Origin: Anaerolineae bacterium
Lineage (GTDB): Bacteria; Chloroflexota; Anaerolineae; Aggregatilineales; Phototrophicaceae
Assembly: GCA_025454675.1 (NCBI GenBank)
Contig: JALONZ010000001.1
Location: forward strand, 1-30,719
Reading direction: 5' to 3'
Length of the DNA stretch: 30,719 bases
Shown: positions 26,209 through 30,719 of the stretch, piece after piece
Layout of the letters: every line of letters starts with the position of its first letter
Numbering within the stretch: position 1 is the stretch's first letter
Position numbers and translations under genes: made by a program
Notes under the pieces: model-generated
Databases searched by the model: none
Seen by the model: only the letters and a program-made list of their open reading frames with translations
What the model was told of the DNA's origin: nothing

Positions 26209-26892
26209 ATGACTGATTTTAAGACAATTTATTCATCCCAAGCCGATTTATATGACCAATTGGTTTCACAAGAAGATTACTTGGGTAATATCACCAATGT
26301 TATTGCGACTATCCGCCATTTACCACTGGCAAAAGTTGTGGAATTTGGCGCGGGTACAGGACGCTTAACCCGTTTTTTGACACATCATGCAAAGCAGGTG
26401 ATTGCATTTGATTTGTATCCGCATATGTTGGAGAAACTCGTCAGTCGTATGGATGACCCCGCTTTTTTTGCGGTAGCAGATAACCACGCCATGCCCGTTC
26501 TTAGCGAGTATGCAGATATAACCATTGCTGGTTGGTCATTTGGTCATGCGATTGGTTGGTATCCTGATAATTGGGGCGAACATATTGACCAAATGATTTC
26601 GGAAATGCGTCGCATCACCCGCCCAAGTGGGACTATGATTATTGTTGAAACCTTGGGTACTGGTCATACGATGCCGACCCCGCCTCATGAGGGTTTGAGC
26701 CAATATTATGCCAACCTGAAAGAAATGGGTTTTACATTGCGTTGGGTACGCAGTGATTATCGGTTTGAATCGGTTGAACAAGCCGAAATGCTCACCCGAT
26801 TCTTCTTTGGCGATGAACTTGCCGACCGTGTGCGTGATAATCAGATGCTCATCGTCCCTGAATGTACGGGGATTTGGTGGAAACATGTCTAA
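26209..26892 (+). CDS. Class I SAM-dependent methyltransferase
   Basis: Motif I 'VVEFGAGTGR', acidic 'AFD', 'PSGTMIIVE'. Confidence 0.88.
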   Translation: MTDFKTIYSSQADLYDQLVSQEDYLGNITNVIATIRHLPLAKVVEFGAGTGRLTRFLTHHAKQVIAFDLYPHMLEKLVSRMDDPAFFAVADNHAMPVLSEYADITIAGWSFGHAIGWYPDNWGEHIDQMISEMRRITRPSGTMIIVETLGTGHTMPTPPHEGLSQYYANLKEMGFTLRWVRSDYRFESVEQAEMLTRFFFGDELADRVRDNQMLIVPECTGIWWKHV

Positions 26893-26919
26893 AATCTGCT
26901 TCATTTAGCAGGATATGAC

Positions 26920-26960
26920 AAAATGGGTGTGGCAAGACTTTCGCCATACCCATTTTTATT
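26920..26960 (+). terminator. Intrinsic terminator-like hairpin just upstream of purK
   Basis: AAAATGGGTGTGGC-AAGACTTTC-GCCATACCCATTTT (one G-U pair) ending in TTTTTATT. Confidence 0.7.
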
Positions 26961-26982
26961 GATAGCGATAGGAGTGATTTTA

Positions 26983-28110
26983 ATGCGAATTGGGATTTTA
27001 GGGGGTGGTCAGTTGGCGCAAATGATGACCCAATCTGCCATCTCACTCGGATTGGAAACGGCGATTTTTGAGCAAATTGCAGATACACCTGCTTCGCGTC
27101 TTACGCAATATGGGGTGGTGGGGCGTTGGACAGATACTTCTGCCATTGAGACATTTGGCGCGATGTGTGACTTGATTACATTGGAAAATGAATTTGTGGA
27201 TGCAACCGTGTTGCGCCAATTTGAGGAGATGAAACTCCCTGTATATCCATCTTCACAGACATTGGAGCAAATTCAAGATAAATTGATTCAAAAAATCACC
27301 ATGATGCAAGAAAACTTGCCTGTGCCATCATTTGCGCCGTTGGATACATCGGATACTGCCCGTGACTTTGGCAGAAAATATGGGTATCCATTCCTCTTGA
27401 AAGCACGGCGTAATAGTTATGATGGTTATGGCAACGCGACGATTCATACACCTAATGATATTCAACCGCATTGGGAACGCTTATCACAAGGGGATAGGGC
27501 GCTGATGGGGGAGGCATTTGTGCCTTTCACACATGAATTGGCGGTGATGGTTGTGCGTGGTCGCAAAGGGGATGTAAAAGCGTATTCTGTTGTGGAGACG
27601 GTACAAAAAAATCATGTGTGTCATGTGGTGCGTGCGCCTGCCAATTTATCCCCCGAAATATTGGCGAAAGCGCGATATGTGGCAGTGAAAGCGGTTCAAG
27701 CCATTAATGGGGTGGGGGTGTTTGGTGTGGAATTGTTTTTATTGGCAGATGGCACGATTTTATTCAACGAAATTGCACCCCGTCCGCATAATTCGGGTCA
27801 TTATACGATAGAGGGGTGTGTTACCTCGCAATTTGAAAATCATTTACGGGCGGTGATGGGTTTGCCACTTGGCTCAGTTGACCTTCGCGCCCCTGCGGTG
27901 GTGATGGTCAATTTGCTTGGCACAAAAGATGGCACGATGAACACCGATAACCTCGCACAAACCTTGAAATACGATAATGTGCATGTGCATTTATATGGTA
28001 AGCGTCAACTGCGTAAGGGGCGCAAAATGGGGCATATCACCATTTTGGGGGATACGATTGAAGAAATCGAAATGATAGGCGTTCAAGCCGCGTCTGAATT
28101 TGATATTTAG
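26983..28110 (+). CDS. purK: N5-carboxyaminoimidazole ribonucleotide synthase
   Basis: 'MRIGILGGGQLA', 'ITLENEFV', 'QDKLIQK', 'SYDGYG', 'NEIAPRPHNSGH', 'GRKMGH'. ATG at 26983 with RBS AGGAG. Confidence 0.97.
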   Translation: MRIGILGGGQLAQMMTQSAISLGLETAIFEQIADTPASRLTQYGVVGRWTDTSAIETFGAMCDLITLENEFVDATVLRQFEEMKLPVYPSSQTLEQIQDKLIQKITMMQENLPVPSFAPLDTSDTARDFGRKYGYPFLLKARRNSYDGYGNATIHTPNDIQPHWERLSQGDRALMGEAFVPFTHELAVMVVRGRKGDVKAYSVVETVQKNHVCHVVRAPANLSPEILAKARYVAVKAVQAINGVGVFGVELFLLADGTILFNEIAPRPHNSGHYTIEGCVTSQFENHLRAVMGLPLGSVDLRAPAVVMVNLLGTKDGTMNTDNLAQTLKYDNVHVHLYGKRQLRKGRKMGHITILGDTIEEIEMIGVQAASEFDI

Positions 28111-28122
28111 GAGCAAAACAGC

Positions 28123-28599
28123 ATGATTGGGATTATTATGGGCAGTGATAGTGACTTGCCTACGCTACAAGGCGCGATTGATATTTGCCGTGAATTTGGT
28201 GTTCCATTTGAAGTGCGGGTGGTATCGGCACATCGCACACCAGATGATATGGCGACTTATGGCAAAACGGCACATGAACGCGGTATCAAGGTGATTATTG
28301 CAGGGGCGGGCGGGGCGGCACATTTACCGGGTATGATTGCCTCGCATAGCCCATTGCCTGTGATTGGTGTGCCTGTGCAAAGTAAATCGCTGAATGGGTT
28401 GGATTCGTTGCTTTCGATTGTGCAGATGCCTGCGGGTGTGCCTGTGGCGACTGTGGCTATCGGTGGCGGTAAAAATGCGGGGTTATTGGCGATTCAAATT
28501 TTGGCGACATCGGATAAATCGCTGATGGAAAAATATGTGGCATATAAGGCGCGGATTGCCGATGAATCACGCGCCAAAAATGACACATTAGCGTTTTAA
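28123..28599 (+). CDS. purE: N5-CAIR mutase (class I PurE)
   Basis: 'IIMGSDSD', 'SAHRTP', '[12 protein letters not shown]', '[14 protein letters not shown]'. Confidence 0.98.
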   Translation: MIGIIMGSDSDLPTLQGAIDICREFGVPFEVRVVSAHRTPDDMATYGKTAHERGIKVIIAGAGGAAHLPGMIASHSPLPVIGVPVQSKSLNGLDSLLSIVQMPAGVPVATVAIGGGKNAGLLAIQILATSDKSLMEKYVAYKARIADESRAKNDTLAF

Positions 28600-29025
28600 T
28601 CGAGAAACAAGGATGCTATGGGTGGAATCGAAGCAAAAAAGGATGAATCCTTGTAAGACAATGCCCCACCCATTGCCCTTTTGATAATCATCTTGGGCGC
28701 GTTTTGCCCATTTGTACCCGCCGAGCATATATAACCAATTGAGCGGGGTGTTGATGAGCAAAATACGGCGTAATTTGCGTGCTTCACCGCGCATTACCCC
28801 GTCCTCATACGGGTCGGGTAGGGTATCAATCCGTTTGCTTGTCCCCATTTTGCCGATGAGGGCGATGCCGATATTAATCACTGCCCATGCAACGGCTTGT
28901 GTGCCAAATCCACGCCAAAACGCATTTTTAGATTTCATCAATTGGCGACCCATTTCTAAATTCACCAAATTGATGTTCATCAGGCGACCTGTGAGGTCAC
29001 GGTTAAAGTCCCAAATATCTGACAT
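28588..29025 (-). CDS. Small hypothetical membrane protein, last gene of the carotenoid cluster
   Basis: 145 aa, about 3 hydrophobic helices, RBS AAGGA. 3' end overlaps purE by 12 bp. Confidence 0.7.
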   Translation of the reverse strand: MSDIWDFNRDLTGRLMNINLVNLEMGRQLMKSKNAFWRGFGTQAVAWAVINIGIALIGKMGTSKRIDTLPDPYEDGVMRGEARKLRRILLINTPLNWLYMLGGYKWAKRAQDDYQKGNGWGIVLQGFILFCFDSTHSILVSRLKR

Positions 29026-29036
29026 TTTATTTTTTC

Positions 29037-29109
29037 CTTGTGGCGGACATACACTTCGTTAGTCCGCCATTACACTCTATAAGATGAGATTTATTAATCC
29101 GCCATCACA
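29037..29109. repeat. Dispersed hairpin repeat, copy B, plus a partial right-arm copy
   Basis: CTTGTGGCGGACATACA...TAGTCCGCCATTACAC (29037-29075). TTAATCCGCCATCACA (29094-29109) is a 14/16 match to the right arm. Confidence 0.8.
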
Positions 29110-29119
29110 TGGTATAAGG

Positions 29120-29935
29120 TTAGTTTCGCTTGAGCCAACGCGCTTTGAAGGCGTAGTAGCCTTTTCGGAATGGCACAGGCAGGCGGTTTTCACTCTCTTT
29201 GGACATGACTAGTGTCACACCAAAGGTCAATAACACATTGGTGATGAAAAAGAAGAAAAATTCTTCAAATGGCAAATTGGGGATGACATCCAAGCCGATG
29301 GTTTTTTCTGGATTGATGCCCCATGTGCCTTCGCCGATGGAAAGGGAATCACTCACACCCAAATAGGCAGTAGATGCGAGGATGGTAGCGAGGATGGTTT
29401 TGCGGTTGCGCCATAAAATATCACCGCCGAAAGCCGTTTGGAACATAACAGGTGGCAATGCCCATGCCATAATCAAACTGAGATAGGTGTTTTTTGGTTT
29501 GCCCTCAAACATTTTGCGGAGTGAAGCCAACCATAACACCCCTAATGCCCCTGTTGCTAAAAGACGCGGTTTGGGGTCTTGTGAATAGGGCGCATCAGAT
29601 GCTGGCATACGGCGCATGATATATTGCATAAATGACCCCGTGAGCAGGGGTTGCAATACAAAAAAGGTGTATTCTTCAATCGGCACCCATGCTTAACGTA
29701 ACCCAGTCACCAATTTGGGGTCGTAGCCCCAGACTTTGGTTGCCACCAAATAATTGTCCCAGACGGTGGTATAGGTGAGTGCTACCAACGAATGACCAAT
29801 CAGGGCTTTTTCTGGGTCCCAACTGGTTAGCGGTTCTGGCAAATCTTTCTTCTTTTGATTATCTCGCCAGATGAGCCAACGCATAATAACAAGCGGAATG
29901 ACGACAAACCGCGCTAAAAATCCGAAATAAGTCAT
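29120..29935 (-). pseudogene. crtY: Two-domain membrane lycopene cyclase (fused CrtYc/CrtYd type) interrupted by one in-frame TAA at 29695-29693
   Basis: The two track ORFs are in the same frame: ...VTGLR-TAA-AWVPIEEYTFF.... Both repeats carry W.....G......P.EE..FF ('WDNYLVATKVWGY...VPIEEY', 'DSLSIGEGTWGI...LPFEEFFFF'). Confidence 0.8.
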
Positions 29936-29944
29936 AAACTTCCT

Positions 29945-30718
29945 CTACGATGCTGTGCGAGTATTGCGAATCCGCCACCAAATACGCGGGATTCGCGCAA
30001 TTTTGCCCATTTTGCCAATGTGTGCGCGACGGTCAAAGACATGATAATCATGGGCTTCAATATCGGTTAAAATGGCTTTATACAGTTCTGCCGCCGCGCC
30101 AATTGCCAAGCGTCCATCGGGGTTTAGCATGGCAATGCCACGCCATGAATCCCGATACAAATTACGGTTACGTTCAATTTGGAAGCGCATGAACGAGCGC
30201 CATTTATCATCTACAACGGGGTTATCGAAGCGACTTTCATCTAAACCAAAAGCCGAGAGTTCATCTTGAGGCAGATATAACCGCCCTGCCCGCCAATCTT
30301 CGCCCACATCACGCAATATATTGGTAATTTGCAAGGCAACCCCTAATTTTACGGCGTAGGGAATGGCATCTTCGTGGTTATAACCAATGATGTGCATTGC
30401 CATCAGCCCAACCGTTGAGGCGACCCCATATGAATATTCTGCCAGTTCTTCAAAGGTGGCATAACGGCTTTTGGTGAGGTCTTGCTTGACCCCATCAATC
30501 AATTGGGTAGCATAACCGCTTGGAATGTTGAATTGTGACCGTGCATCTGCCCATGCCAATGCAACCAAATCCTCATGAGGCGGGTTAGCGAGGTTGATAC
30601 GCTCACGCCATGCTTCGAGGTCTGTTTCACGACGGCTTGTATCGGCGTTGCGGTCAATAATATCATCCGTGACTCGACAAAACGCATATAAAGCACGGAC
30701 AGCACGACGTTTTTCATC
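29945..30718 (-). CDS. crtB: Phytoene synthase, 5' end outside the window
   Basis: Frame open to the edge: [22 protein letters not shown] (DDxxD)...'[12 protein letters not shown]', '[12 protein letters not shown]...GRLYLP'. Confidence 0.95.
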   Translation of the reverse strand, partial: DEKRRAVRALYAFCRVTDDIIDRNADTSRRETDLEAWRERINLANPPHEDLVALAWADARSQFNIPSGYATQLIDGVKQDLTKSRYATFEELAEYSYGVASTVGLMAMHIIGYNHEDAIPYAVKLGVALQITNILRDVGEDWRAGRLYLPQDELSAFGLDESRFDNPVVDDKWRSFMRFQIERNRNLYRDSWRGIAMLNPDGRLAIGAAAELYKAILTDIEAHDYHVFDRRAHIGKMGKIARIPRIWWRIRNTRTAS

Positions 30719-30719
30719 G

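Noticed and set aside
26750-26982. Known purine, ZTP or PRPP riboswitch upstream of purK
   Set aside because: The conserved aptamer cores were not recognisable by eye. Only the terminator-like hairpin is reported; an Rfam scan is needed.
29693-29695. Genome-wide reassignment of TAA
   Set aside because: TAA is the normal stop of the permease (150), gltX (4143), mreB (13716) and purE (28599), so the cyclase stop is a local event.
895-30269. Many 60-230 aa antisense or off-frame ORFs in the track (e.g. 9504-10058, 13813-14364, 23651-24337)
   Set aside because: They lie wholly within well-supported genes, have no recognisable motifs or RBS, and are expected shadow ORFs.
30499-30717. Apparent frameshift or second ORF in crtB
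   Set aside because: Manual translation shows the crtB frame is open from 29945 to the window edge (RVTDDIID in frame). The 72-aa ORF is an off-frame shadow.
1-30719. CRISPR array, IS element, rRNA or defence genes
   Set aside because: No regularly spaced repeats, transposase or integrase motifs, rRNA-like sequence or defence domains seen.

Overview
Chromosomal core-genome window with no mobile element, prophage or CRISPR array seen. The MreB N-terminus, PBP2 style and gene set suggest a Chloroflexota/Anaerolineae-like organism (inference). Minus strand, in transcription order: mreB-mreC-mreD-pbp2-[unknown 384-aa polytopic membrane protein]-minC-minD-minE-rodA-gltX-tRNA-Gln(CTG), then lacI-family regulator, sugar-binding protein and two ABC permeases. 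Plus strand, divergent from mreB: tilS; an orphan response regulator; three ATGA-coupled envelope genes (esterase/CapA-like fusion, Asp-box membrane protein, secreted NagZ-type GH3); a Clp ATPase whose first AAA+ ring is degenerate plus a coupled hypothetical; pmm/pgm; a SAM methyltransferase; purK-purE. The right end is a minus-strand carotenoid cluster: crtB (cut by the window edge), a two-domain lycopene cyclase broken by one in-frame TAA, and a small membrane protein. Best leads: the D1-dead Clp with its partner, the esterase/CapA-like operon, the GT-C-like gene inside the shape/division operon, the Cys-rich PBP2 insert, the nonsense codon in the cyclase, a terminator-like hairpin just before purK, and a dispersed hairpin repeat with a compensatory base-pair change. 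All family assignments come from motif recognition by eye; no searches were run.
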